Under the pieces are notes generated by a model. The model was not told where the DNA came from, made no database searches, and saw nothing but the letters and a program-made list of their open reading frames with translations. The translations under genes were made by a program, and so were the position numbers. From Asterionella formosa (lineage: Eukaryota): DNA of 55,454 bases. Of the stretch, positions 25,191 through 38,152 are shown piece by piece. The stretch spans positions 1 to 55,454 of the forward strand of contig NKIB01013563.1 in assembly GCA_002256025.1 (NCBI GenBank), in the 5' to 3' direction. The stretch's first letter is position 1. Each line of letters opens with the position of its first letter.

Positions 25191-25276
25191 AGTGCTATTT
25201 ACATTATCATATACAAAATCAGAACCGGGTTTGAGTACAAGCATATCTTGTTTTCAATTTTATAATAATAGAATGC

Positions 25277-25487
25277 ATCCTGAAACTATGATGATTTACT
25301 GTCCCACTGTAGTAGCAACAGTCCTGAACATATGGTGTTTTGTTGCTCGCTCCTTACTACTCCGACTACCCCATTTCAATTTTACGATCATACAATCCTG
25401 AAACTATGATGATTTACTGTCCCTCTGCAGTAGCAGCAGTCATGAACATATGGTGTTCTGTTGCTCTTACTACTCCGACTACCCCCA
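25277..25487. repeat. Tandem duplication, period ~118 bp
   Basis: ATCCTGAAACTATGATGATTTACTGTCCC...TACTACTCCGACTACCCCA starts at 25277 and 25395. Confidence 0.9.
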
Positions 25488-27990
25488 GTATATCACTTTC
25501 TACCTTATACTGGTACTCTTTATATATACACATGAAGAACTCCCGCCCAAAAAGGGGCTTAAATAATTAGCTACCAAAATCCTTGCATATAAATAATGAT
25601 ACAAATGGGTTTTGAATGGTCTAAATAATTAGTTCTAACGGAAGTAGAAAATATTGATATAAACAAATTTTAGAAATAGTACCGGTACACGGAAGTCCTG
25701 GAAAACAATGAACATATTGTGCATTGAATATTTTCGAATTATCTATATGGGAATATGATCATCTCAACAATACCAGATGTTTGTGGTACTTGGATGACAA
25801 TCGTTGGGAGGCAGGACAACAACAAATTGTAAACAAAACGCACATTTCCTTTTTTCTCAGTTGATTCAATAGCTCGTTTCACTTGTTGGGGAGAACCAAT
25901 GTAATACAAAACAAAATTGGTAAGTGCTCTTGTTGTTGGACCTATTCAATTCTGTTGGAACATAATTGACGGGACACGTTAAACTTCTCTCAAAGTTTAG
26001 CAAACGAAAATCAAACGGTTAGTTTTCTTCAACAACATCGGATACATGAAACTTACTTATTCAAGAATTTACTGACAATTTACTATTACAGAAGTATGCA
26101 TCACTTGCTTTGATTTGGCTGTTGTAAGTGAAGCAAGCAAGAGGATACAATGGAATGGCGTGATGTTGTGTCAGAGTAACATGTCTAGCTAACAAGTCAT
26201 TCCTTCTCATTGTTACTGTAACTGCATAGGACAATAAAACCGATCAAACAACGGAATAGTTGGCTAGTTCAGAATGACACTAACAGCAGGGAGAGAGACG
26301 CAACATTAGTAAGGCATTGCTTGGCACAAGATTCAGAATAGAGGAAGAAGATAAGGGTGAGACAAGAACAATATACATTGAGCCGAGTAGAGAGAAAAAC
26401 ATTGGGTCTCTGGCCTGTAGAATAATAGATAGCATTGCTAAATTTGATAGTTAAATTACGATCAATTTCAATCTATTTTGAACAATGCTTGTGATTAGAA
26501 TTATGATCATGTTTAAGATAGATTTACAATGAAACAATTCACATGATAGCATAGAGTTGAGCTGATTTTAGGATGCGTTGTAGTAATAATTTACATCGGG
26601 CGATCACAAGTATTGAAAATAATATGAGAAGGTTTATGATGTTGATGAGAAATGATGTTGAACAGTTGATATACATTGTGTGATGATAATGTGCTTATTA
26701 TCATTATACTTCAAGGTCGGTAAAATATTAATAAATCATCATAGTTATAGGATACCCTGATCATAGTTTTGATCCAAAAATTATCATGTATACGAAAATC
26801 CTGTGCCACTTAGCGTAGGATACCCTTGATCCTAAATGGATGATACTTTTTTTTGCAGATGTTAATAACAATAAGCTCACTCATTTTGTATTCCCAGAAC
26901 ACGCTTGGACTGATCCCCAGGTAGCATAGGGAAGTACAGGTCTTGTCGGCAGAAAGCACAATGAATACTTGCCTATAGAAAAGGGGAGTACGAAAGGGCT
27001 TTAAAACATACTAACTTTAAAACATATATATTGGTATGCATGTACATACGTATCCTTTCAGCTGCCAGATGCTCAGAAAATGCTCAACACATGCATATTC
27101 AGACCCTATTGCTTAGTACTATCTGAAGATATGGCGGCACAGCTCTAGCCACGTAATGATTGGGATATAGTTAGAGCATCTCCCCTTGTATGTGCCTTGT
27201 ATTGACCACATGCCAAGACCCAAAATGATTTATGATTTTGGTCATAATGCTTCATTTTGCTTTTCTATTGGTTTAGAATATGGCTCGCCTTTGCAGCATA
27301 ACTACTAAAGTATAAATTTAACAGTTGTACACAACTTCGCCATGTGAACACTGCACTCTTCAGGTGGAATATTATACCGATAGAACTTGTCTGTGAATGA
27401 AAAATGTGTTAGGCCTAACATTTTTGATTTATTATCAACTGCCCCAAAATTATCTCAGTGTAATTTTTTTGATCGCACATGTAGTGTTATTGATCAATAA
27501 CTTTTCGCGCGTTGGACCATAAACATATTTGTAATTGTTCACACAGCTTATAAATTTTTAATGTTGCGTCAAGAAGTAAACTGCCTGTTTAATAAATTTA
27601 TTATATCTATACTTCAATTTCTTTCAAACTATTTGATCAAACAATGGTTGTCATTATACAGTACTCTACTTTGTTATCAAATGATTTCCAATCTAGAATC
27701 TATAGGGAAAAATTGTCCTTTCATTTCTATGCTCTTGATCTAACGTTTGGATTGCTCTGATCAAATTGTAGTTTACATTTCTATCTAACATTTTTTTAAA
27801 CTGATCTAATGAGATCCTGCCATTTGTCAAACTTATTGTTAACCTCATTTATGAAGAGCTGGCGCTTCCTGGCATTGATAGCCTAGGTTAAATAAAATTC
27901 TTAACCTACCCAGTATCAACCCAACAAATGTAGTGACTTTGGGCACTGCAAGGCAGGGAAAGGGTAGATACACTCTCTTGAATGATAGTA

Positions 27991-28739
27991 CCATTAAAAA
28001 ACTGTAAGCCACCGCTATGACGACTTTTAAACTGTAAGCCACCGCTAAACAGAGTAAACGCACTGTTTGAACTTATTTTGGAAGATACGCTAATTATTGT
28101 CACGAAGGAGTTGCTCAGATTCATATACCGAGTAAATAGTTACGTACTTGTATTGTTGCATTGTGTAAGTTGTTAAATAATTATTACGGCCCAAAGGTTG
28201 CTGTCGACGCGAAATTGCGAAAGATGGAAATGTTCATGTTTACTCCATTGAGCTGGCATTGTGTTAAGTGCACATGTATATGGACAAAAATAGTAATATT
28301 CTTCCCATAGAATCGATTTCGTATAATTTAATGTGTGTACGACGACGTCATTCTGCTTTCGAATACACTGTGCGTCAGAAGAATTTGGCGATGATGCAAG
28401 CACAAAAAGCATACTGCATCACGCAAAAAGGTAAAGTAATACGAAAAGAATTCTGTAGAATGAGCAGAGTAAAATTAGTCACGGATTGGGGGGAAAATAT
28501 ACTCATTTATGGACAGAAAAATATGCACTGTAAGCCACCGCTGTGGAACAATCTTAATGCCTCTGATAGATCTTTTATAAACTGAATCAAACTGATTACT
28601 TATTGGCAGAATATACTGCATCGTGTAACATTCAATTCGTACTTGCATCGGATTTTGATTGATAAATTACTTAAATATATTTTCAGTTGGAAGAAGGAGC
28701 GAGTAAAATAACGGAGCCTTACAGTTTTCAAGTGGCTGG
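27991..28739 (-). mobile_element. ~750-bp non-autonomous TIR element, copy 2
   Basis: TA|CCATTAAAAAACTGTAAGCCACCG ... CGGAGCCTTACAGTTTTCAAGTGG(CTGG)|TA; ACTGTAAGCCACCGCT repeated at ~28001, ~28031 and ~28527; inverse homolog of 18228-19007. Confidence 0.8.
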
Positions 28740-31700
28740 TATCTTATAATTCAGTGTCCTGTACCCCGCAATGTACAGTGCTGTGACTGAATTTGACTGA
28801 TTTTACTTAAAGGGGGTCCAGGAATATGGCGATATTTCCCCTATACTAGCTAGACATAAGTACATTTTATTAGTTCTACAGGATGGCGCGCTTTTCTCTT
28901 ATTAATATTAATATGATCGTTATTCCCGCAAAGTGAAAATTGAGAGAGTTCTTCACCTTGCAAGATGTTAAAGTATTACCTTTATTGATAGATCTATATC
29001 TTTAGGCAAAGAACACTTTAGATAGAGACGTTCATTTCTCTTTCCGTTTCTATATTCTTATTGTGAGTTTACTCAACTAGCTTAGGTTGCTGTTCTGTTT
29101 GAAAAAACAAACGAATTATTCTCCAAATGCTGTTTGCATTTCTAGAAACATAAAATCATGATAGATAGACCCATGTCTATCTCACACTTACTGATCATAG
29201 GTTTTTAACCATTATCATTCATTTTCAAACTATCGGTCTTCCAAAATAGCTTATATCGTCTGGCTCATTATAGGCGGAGTAACAACGTAAAATGTGTGGT
29301 TGATGAGAGCTTGGTACATCAAAATTGACTCATTCGAATCATTTGACTCGTTTGACTCCGAGTCATAACTACGTAGATGAGCTCACTTTAACAGCAAGAC
29401 TTCATGGTGCTATCAGCGACTTAAATTTTCGTTATCAATATAAGTGTTATTACAACAATTCTTTACAATTCTATTTTCTATGTTGTTCTTAATAAATGAC
29501 GTAAATAGCCAAGCGTTGTTCTAAATTTTCGTGGAGATAATTCGTATTTTCGCTCGTCATGGTCAATGCAGAGACGACATGATGCAGTACTCTTCAGCTG
29601 ATCACAGCCTCTACCTCTACCTGCGCATTTTAGTGTTTTATACGTACAAATAAACATATCATCCTATGTTACTATTCAGGTTATTGTATTTGAATAATAT
29701 GACTCATTAATGAATGACAATATCCTGTCGCTGCAAAGTTCTTCTTTGACGTGGTGGGTACTCCACCAGCACTGCAAGCCAACACGGCAATAGCAAGTCC
29801 CTCCATAACATAGCCAACATCGATATGAACACCTGCAGATGACAACAACGTTAATGCAGCGATAACAGGAACAAATAGAAACTCAATAAGCAACAATATG
29901 CTCTACTATAAGGTTATAGTATGCAATATAATGGCATTTAATAGATGTGGTTGTGAATTGATTGATGTTGTATTACAGTTCAATGTTGCGTCTGTTGTTG
30001 ACTGGATAACAAACAAGGTACATAATACTTTTTGCACAAAAGCGTCTGAAAATGCACTATGAATTAGTCCAGGGAATTTGTGAATACTTTTTTGAGTAAA
30101 TATCTAGCAAATCAATAACTATTTAAATCAACTTCCTATGTAAGTTTGTAATGTATATCTCTGTTTAGATTTCATGCTAACAGATTGATTTTCAATGGAC
30201 ACAATGACTGAATATGAAGATAAAGCTAAACAAGAAATATATACACACACAAGCAAACAATAAATATACATAAGTACATAGCGTTAATAAGAAGCACACC
30301 AGCAAGTATCACTGGAAAATTGTTTTTGTTTGCTTCCCAAACCCACCATCAATCAATTTTAAGAATTAGAAATATATATTAATATGTCTGTATTGTATGA
30401 TCATGGTCTGTATGTTTATAGTAAGCAAAATATAAACAAGCGCTGAACATATCACGACGAAAGCATATGCCGCTGGACACAGAGAAATACAGTTATCAAT
30501 TGTTTACTTCTACTAATGTGTGCTCTATAATTTCATTACATTCCTTACTGTGTCAGCATACTGCAGGTAGCAGTACGCTGTCTGTCATAAATCCATATAT
30601 TGAAGTACTGGCACATACATACGTGTTGGACATACTATGTATATTCCAACATACTGCTGTTGATGTTCACCATTGAATGACTTTATCAGAGGTATGCTGC
30701 AATATTCCTCTGCTAGCTTATATACTATTTTGTTGTACATATGCCCAGTAGATACAGGTATGTTCCTGCACATTCAAATTTCATACATAAATCCCTGGTA
30801 CATACTATATGTAACTACGACCGGTAGCTAATATATGTATCGTTTTTGCCAGCTGACCACCATACATAGACAATCCTGGTCAACACATGGATGTAATTAC
30901 TTACTATCTGAATGTATATACCGGATTTTAGTTACTACTAGTTCTAGATGTAGGGCATCTCAACCCAACTGCATACACATTCTTTTGACAAAAAACCAAG
31001 CCAATTTAAGCTTTCGGTCATAGTGCGTCACTGTGCATTTCTATTGGTTTTAAATATGGCTTGCGAAGGAAGCATAGCGCATAATGGTGTAGTAGTGGTT
31101 TAACAGGTGTTCACAAGTTTGCTGTATGTATGTGTACTGTACTCGACAGTCATGTAGAATTAAGTATCGGCTGCAGCAATGGTAGACAGTAGGCAGCATG
31201 CCTGAATCAGGTACTGGTGGTACCGGGGGTAGCTACATATCATGTAAGACGGTGATCTCATAACCATGGTGGCTAACAATAATGCCTGGAAAGCTAGGAA
31301 CGAGGAACTTCAGAGAAGCAAAAAGCATATATAGTACAATCAGCACTGAATGAAAGGATCCACCAGTTATACTGCATATGAATTTCTTTGGCACTGACTT
31401 AGAAATCCTTCTTAAATCGAGACAAAAAAAGAAGCGTCGATTCCTGGAAAGGGCGGAATTCATTCTAGAAGCATCCAGAAAGTTCGTGGACACAGGTCAA
31501 ACCATATTCAGAACCGCCAAAAACTAAAGCAATGTTCGAGTTGTACATTTAGGGCCAATCTTAACAGAGATACAAATTATTTTTTGTTGTATCTTCAGAA
31601 AAAATGAATCTTTACAGAGATGCATTTCACAAATATATCTCTGTAACGGCAAAACAGATAGCCGTTTCTTTATGTCTCTGCAAACATGTGCATCAGACTC

Positions 31701-31769
31701 AGCAAAAATATTTGCTATGTGCGCTTCAATTATTCAACGTGTCTGACAATTATCATTACTATATTGACA

Positions 31770-33069
31770 ATGACAAATCGACCGGAAGAACCTGACAGTT
31801 GGGACGTCATTGACAATCTTGATATAGAAGCGAAACAACAGAGCTTTTTGTTAATTGCAGCATTTGCATTATCATTTTTGGAGTACAATGAACAAAACTC
31901 GAAGCCAGTGCGAATTCCAAAATGGGAGCATCAATGAATTGACTGGAATGAGCATGTCACAAAGCTTCTTCATGAGAATAGATTTCATCGTGAATATCGC
32001 ATGTCTCTTGAAGCTTTCAATCAACTACTGGAACTCCTTCGACCTTCCCTCACAGTTCATGTTGTTAAATCTCAAATCAGCATATTTATCCTGAGTTGAT
32101 ACTTGCCATCGGACTTCGCTGGCTTGCAGGCGAAAACCTCATAGACATTTGTCATGTCTATGGAGTTTCTTGTCCATTTGTTTATGCCATCACTAAAACA
32201 TTCCTTGATGCGGTGAACTCCTGCACAGCATTATCAATAAAATTCCCAACAAACAAGGAAAAACAAACAGTGATGAATAGATTCCTTGAAAAAGCAAAGC
32301 GAGCAGCAACTATTTCGTGGATGCATTCTTGGTGCTATAGATGGATATTTACAGCCTATTTCTAAACCAAGAAAAAAGGACTGTGATGGCCTCCCTCAAG
32401 CATATTAGTCTGGGCATTATATGTCATATGGATTGAATGTTCAAGCTGTTTGCGACAGCAATTGTTGTTTCCTATACTTTGGTGTCGTGGCACCAGGAAA
32501 ATGTCCAGATCAGAAGGCATTTGAAAGAACAAAACTTTTCAGATTGTATCAAACCTTCATCCGGGACAATACATAGTAGGTGATGCTGCTTACACATTGA
32601 CTGATCAAGTGCTCTGTCCATTTGTAGGAAGTCAAAGGGAATCAACAAACAAAGATGCATACAACTATTTCCTTTCAAAACTCCGCATTAGAATTGAGAT
32701 GACGTTTGGATTGCTCACCAATAAATGGAGGATCCTGAGGACATCCTTGTCCTTCAGAATGAAGAAATCAGTTGCAATTCTTTCTGCTTGTGCCCGACTA
32801 CACAATTTTTGCCTACTCATGGATGATGATAAAAAGAAGGAACTTGCTAATGGAATGGATTTTCTGACTAGTTTGGAGCTTGCTGATCCAATGCCCAATG
32901 CTCCTCTTGGGTGGGCTTATCTTCCAACTGTTAGGAAGTTGGATGTAGTATAAGGTACTTCACAGATTTGGCAAATTATTCTTGATGTTGTCACCAAAAA
33001 TGGGTTTAGGCGACCTCCGCTACTGTGTTGCGCCGACGGCATGAACTGACTGAAATAGGATTAATGTAG
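31770..33069 (+). pseudogene. Harbinger (DDE_Tnp_4/HARBI1-like) transposase, disrupted
   Basis: FHREYRMSLEAFNQL, LAIGLRWLAG, GAIDG, YGLNVQAVCD, YIVGDAAY and YNYFLSKLRIRIEMTFGLLTNKWRIL, interrupted by several stops and frameshifts. Confidence 0.92.
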
Positions 33070-33149
33070 CATACAACTAGAACTAAAACTGGAAGGAATA
33101 AGTTAATAACAAGAACTAAGTTGAAATATAATTGTTAACCTAATTATAA

Positions 33150-34751
33150 TTAGATGCATTTTCTTCAGCTTTTTACATGAGAGCTACAGAATTCTTGTTC
33201 AGTGTATCCATAGCTTTAAAAAGTTTGGCTTCAAAAAATTCAACAAAACTGCATTCTCTTGATACTCTTTACCATCACATTTTGTGACACTTTATTGCTT
33301 GCTACTTCAGTTTGAGCTTCGTTTAACTTTTCGCGGTACATACTTACAACATCCATTAGTTCCTTCTCTCGTTTTACAAGAAAAGTTGCTCCAGAAAATT
33401 CTGAATTGGAACTTTGAAAGGCAAGTGTTATTTGTGTATGGCGCTCATTTGCTTTTGAAAGTTCTATAAGCGCATCAACCACTTGTTTGGATGTGTTTTC
33501 AAACTCATTGCTGCCATATGTTGTACCTTTTCTTCGTTGAACAGGTAGCTTGCTTGGCAACATCATCCTCTGCAGGAATGTGAATAAGACTGTCCATAGC
33601 AACACCATCACTTAAACTTGGTACTGCATAGGCACGGAAATGTGGCACCTGTTGAAGCCATAAATGATAGTACAAACAATAAGGCCGGTTTTGAGTGATC
33701 GTGTCAACCAGAAACTTTGTTATTATTGAAACAGATCTTGTAATGCGCATTTAGAAATTTCATAACCTCTGAAAATTGTTTGCTATCCAACATATCAAAA
33801 GTGAGGGGATAGTAATCATCAATTCCGTGGTATTCAAACTGGGTGTGTTTGAATGCCATGGATCCAACTGTATCATCGTCTATGTCCATGTAGGTATCCA
33901 ATTGCTTGTCCCAAACTGCTTTATGGGGAAATTTCCTTGCATCCAACTCACACATAGTTGGTGTATTCCCAAGACACAAAACATCTTGCCGATGTTTCTC
34001 ATCAAAGAAGACATTAAATAGTTGATAGTATGTGCCATGCTTCTTAATATATTTGGGAGCAGTTGCAGCATTTCTTTTCCTCTGATTCTTGGGAGATCGT
34101 CCCTGTTTCTTAATAATCTGGTGGGATCTTTCAGAATCGTCATCCAATAAAATATCAGCAGGAACTGGAGATGTAAATGCAGCCAATTGGGAAGCAGATA
34201 ATTTGGAATCTGTACTTGAGTCATTGGCAATATCTTCTCTGTTAGTAGAAAGTTGCTTTGATAGTAGTAGTAGGCGAAGAAAATTCCTTGTTGATGATTC
34301 AGGAGTAAAGAGAGTGCCATTTCTTTTCAGATACTTCTTTGGTTCTTTTGATGATTTTTGTTGTACCCTATCATGTCTCAAAGATCAAGAGTCTTTAACC
34401 AATTCTTAATGATTGTAATTTTTATCATCTTTGTTTTGTTTCTGTATCCGGCGATTTTAAAGTGAACGCAAATACGACGAAGTCGTTGTAGCGATATCTG
34501 TTGAATGAGCATGTCTTTTATCATCATCAAAGACTCTTCGTTGTCAATGAAAAATCAGCAGGAGTGATCATGCTTGCTTGCAACCCACTGGTCATCCTGT
34601 TTCCTTGCTGCAGAGTAAGTTTCATTGTCCAAAGATTCAAATGATGCCATTGCGCAAGTCGTTTACAAGTGATGAAAAACATTATTCCATGAGTAGTTAC
34701 CGGTAGTAATAATAAAAATGGCTGCTGAGAATCCCTCCTCCCAAAATTCAT
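33150..34751 (-). pseudogene. Harbinger second ORF (putative DNA-binding partner), disrupted
   Basis: Fragments 33704-34381, 33505-33750 and 33240-33611 lie inside the TIRs, convergent with the transposase. The assignment rests on position; the limits are approximate. Confidence 0.6.
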
Positions 34752-35235
34752 TTCTGTTGTTGCTGTTCGAGATAAAAATGGTGTCTTTGTTGATTAATTT
34801 AATTACATGACATATATTAAATTTATATAATAAGTGTTGCTAAACGCTGTATCTGCAGCGATACACACAGATACACATTTCGGAGCAACAAAAAATGGGT
34901 TGCTGGAAGCAACATATCACCCTGATATGTGAGATACAAAAAATTGGGCCGAGCAACATTATGTATCTCTGTTAAGATTGACCCTTTTTTAATGTAATCC
35001 ATGTGCCATGTGTACTGTATCATAAATTTACCGGTATACGTTAATAGATACCGGTATATATACATATATGTGTAGCTACCGGTAATGGGACCGATGACAA
35101 CGCAATTTGACATTCTTTCCACCTTTTCACGACGTCGATCGTTGCATTGGCTCTCGATAATATTGTCGTTGCAGCGGCGACTGAAAACATCGCTTGGCAT
35201 ACCCACCACACAAGGCCCCTCTAGGAGAGCAAAGC

Positions 35236-36308
35236 ATGAGTAATTGTTCTCCTTCCCTCTGCGTAGACCCTGCAGTCATTCAGAGCGAGTTCGTTAGTTC
35301 GCTTGCCCCCCAGAACCTCCGCGTTTGTTGCTATGGAAGCTCCTCGGCCAAGACTCCCGAAAAATATCTCCAAGAAGCTCGCGCTCTCGGATACATTCTC
35401 GCCAGGCGTGGGCATACATGCGTCAATGGAGCTGGATCCTTTGGGTGCATGGCTGCGATGAATGACGGGGCAGCCGCTGGGAATGGTCACATTATCGGGG
35501 TCATTCATGAAATGTTTGTCGTGGATGGGTCGGATTGGTGCGTTCGCGACGGAGGTGCTCATAATGTATTTCATAAGACAAATCCAGATGAGCGCCAAGG
35601 TCCTCTTCGAGAGATTCTTGTAGCTGGCGGCGAGGATTTGCAAGAGCGAAAGAAGTTGCTAGTTCAAGGTGCCGATGCATTGGTGGTGCTTCCTGGTGGA
35701 CCAGGAACTTGGGATGAGGTAAGTCTCGCTGGCCTATCGCGCCTCAACTTGATCCACATTCATGCAACTTGATATGCTACCTTGAAATGCTCATTTGGGT
35801 TGAATTTTTGCTAACTTTTACCCTTACTCGTCGTCGACCATGGTAGCTGTGGGAGATGGCATGTGCCCGGAACATTGGGCTGACGAATATCCCCATTGTG
35901 GTGGTCAATGCAGACAACTACTATTCGCCTTTTAGAGAACAATTAGAAAGATCATACAAAGACGACTTGATCAAACTCAAACCTCACGAAGTGGTACACT
36001 TTGTTGACACTGCCGAAGAAGCTGTTCGTTGGATTGAAGATGAGACCACGGTGGAAACATCGAAGCAGAGTAGCATGCCAAAGTTGAAGCGTCGGGCGTC
36101 GGTATTGCGATCGAACTCTTTTATGGTGTCGCCATCTATTGTGGATTGGTTTCGTGAGTCGTTGGCAAGGCCGAAAACTTGGGATACGAAGGGAATGTTG
36201 GGGCATGAGGAACTTAGTTGGGCAATAATTCCTTCTTGGGCTGTACCGTTTGCTGCGGGCTTGGCAATTGGATTCACTCTCACATCAGTAAGAAACAGCA
36301 AGGCTTGA
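35236..36308 (+). CDS. LOG / lysine-decarboxylase-like nucleotide phosphoribohydrolase with a C-terminal hydrophobic tail; join(35236..35718,35847..36308)
   Basis: VCCYGSSS, NGAGSFGCM, ERKKLL, ADALVVLPGGPGTWDELWE (PGGxGTxxE motif) and PIVVVNADNYY. Confidence 0.9.
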
Positions 36309-38152
36309 CTTTTCAATCGCTAAATAGGGTTGCTCCAACGATCCTGAAAAAGGTCTGCTAAGCGAACGCAGAAGTTCTACTTTATTGAAGTGCCTTCCTT
36401 TTTTCAATTATTTCCAAGAGGTGTAGCTATAAGCGGTATAGAGTGCAGTATAAAGAATCTTACGGGAAAACCTTTCTTATTTATTTAGCATTTGAGATGA
36501 CCGCCATCAGAGTCACTAAATCACGAAATGCGATATTGGTAGTTCCAGACGTGGCCTGTTTCGGCCGGCTTGTGAACTGGAAACTTATCAACTGGTACCG
36601 GTAATCCTCTTGGTCCATTAAAGAGGAAAATTGCCATCATCGTATCATACCATGCAAGACATGAAAGTGAAAATAAGTTCAATGTATAAATCGACCCACA
36701 GTTGTTGGTAAAACCTAGGACCAAGAAAAAATGCTCAGGCATTGATCAACCTCACAAACTTATACGATGGTGGGGGTTAGTCTTAATATAGTCCACCGGT
36801 ATACTGACTGGAGCACCTGTTACCATGCCAATGATAAAGCACCCCAGATTACTGTCCTACCTCATATGGAGACGAGGTGTACATCATGCAGATGCAATAA
36901 TGAGCCTCCCAATTGCTGAAGAAAACTTTATTAGTATTTGCTTCCATTACTTTCCAACTGTTGGGGTGCCATGGATGGATGGAAGTCTTCTTTACGAAGA
37001 GCATGCAACGAGACTCGAAAGGCTGGACTTGGGAAATGGCTTAGTGGTAAGCACGCCTTCTGCCCTTCATAGACCTGCAAATTTGGCTTAGAAACAGTGT
37101 GTCAGTAAATTGTTTGATGAAACAAGCTACAGCAGCTAAATGACACACAGCCACTTACAATTCAAGCCAATTGCGGAGCTATGGAGCTATGTACTGTGTC
37201 GGGCACAATCATACCTTCTTCGCAATTTTTATAGTTGTTTATGAACCCTTGATTGTGAAAACTCCTGGTGTGGCCTGGATTATCTCTTTCTACCACATCA
37301 GTGTACAATCTATCCAGAAAAACCTGGAGTGGTCTTGCTAAGTGTTTCGTCCACACCAAATTCTGGTGCTTTAAGTTTAAGACGAGAACAACTGGTAAAA
37401 AAAAACCCTTGCAAGCCCCTTGTTTAGTAATTCTACTAAATGTTTGGCTAGAAGACTTACGAAGTGCAATTATAATAAGTACACCAGTAGACATGGTATT
37501 TTCATTGAAAAATGCAATCAAGCAAATTATTCAGGTGAAGAGGTTACATCGAAAAATACGAAAAATACAGCCTAGTACTAGTGACTTCTAGTAGCGCACA
37601 CGAAGAATTTTTCCTTCTTTCTTGACCAATTTCCCATCATTACATGTATCCCTTCACATACTATGTTGTACTCAATTCCAAGCGATAAAATTGAGGTATT
37701 CAGTTGATAGTGCCAGAACGACGAAAAAGGAGGGTACTATACTACACAATAACATAAGCTAAATTTTGCATAGAAAAACACAGTCAAGTAGCAAATATTG
37801 CTGATGCAAATACATTGTTTTGTACAGTTGTTCTTGAGTTACCACTTCTAGCCTCCCTGCTAGATAAACTAACAATTGACCTTCCTGTCAATTTACACAC
37901 TGTTTCCTCAATTGGTAATCTAGAATTATAAGCTAAACTAAATGCTTCCTTGTTTCCATGCATCTCGCTTTCCACCAAGTCGTTCTAAGAATCTCTTCGA
38001 ATTTCCATAGAAATCTTCAACCTTTGATCTCATTACCCGTAGATAACTGATTGGCATAGCACTGCAAGATTCGACTCGTTGGATCACAATCGAGTCCACA
38101 ATCCTCGTGAGTCAAGCTGATATCCTCTTGACAAGCAAGATACGATGGAATA

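Larger units (their letters stand above)
21613..26861. mobile_element. ~5.2-kb putative TIR element with subterminal repeats and degenerate minus-strand ORFs
   Basis: TCTGCAAATAAAAACTATCAT (21615-21635) is inverted relative to ATGATACTTTTTTTTGCAGA (26840-26859). AACTATGATGATTT recurs at ~23049, ~25283, ~25401 and inverted at ~26732. Possible 2-bp TT duplication. Confidence 0.5.
31551..34985. mobile_element. Full-length degenerate PIF/Harbinger DNA transposon
   Basis: 24-bp TIRs AGGG(C/T)CAATCTTAACAGAGATACA with 1 mismatch at 31551-31574 and 34962-34985, flanked by TTT on both sides; two convergent ORFs inside. Confidence 0.92.

Noticed and set aside
18776..25487. Tandem repeats of 41, 168, 281 and 118 bp considered as a CRISPR-like array
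   Set aside because: Only two units each, no unique spacers, no cas genes, and a eukaryotic context.
18228..28739. Polinton/Maverick or endogenous virus bounded by long TIRs
   Set aside because: No polB, integrase, ATPase or capsid remnants are visible, and each arm has its own TIRs.
29681..29896. Short hydrophobic 71-aa ORF
   Set aside because: Non-ATG start, no motif, and embedded in AT-rich decayed DNA.
31070..31130. tRNA-like start (GGTGTAGTAGTGGTTTAACA)
   Set aside because: No T-arm GTTCRA or acceptor stem; it is part of a diverged repeat.
36520..38030. Short ORFs and coding-like patches downstream of the LOG gene
   Set aside because: Possibly an old element remnant, but no recognisable motif or termini.
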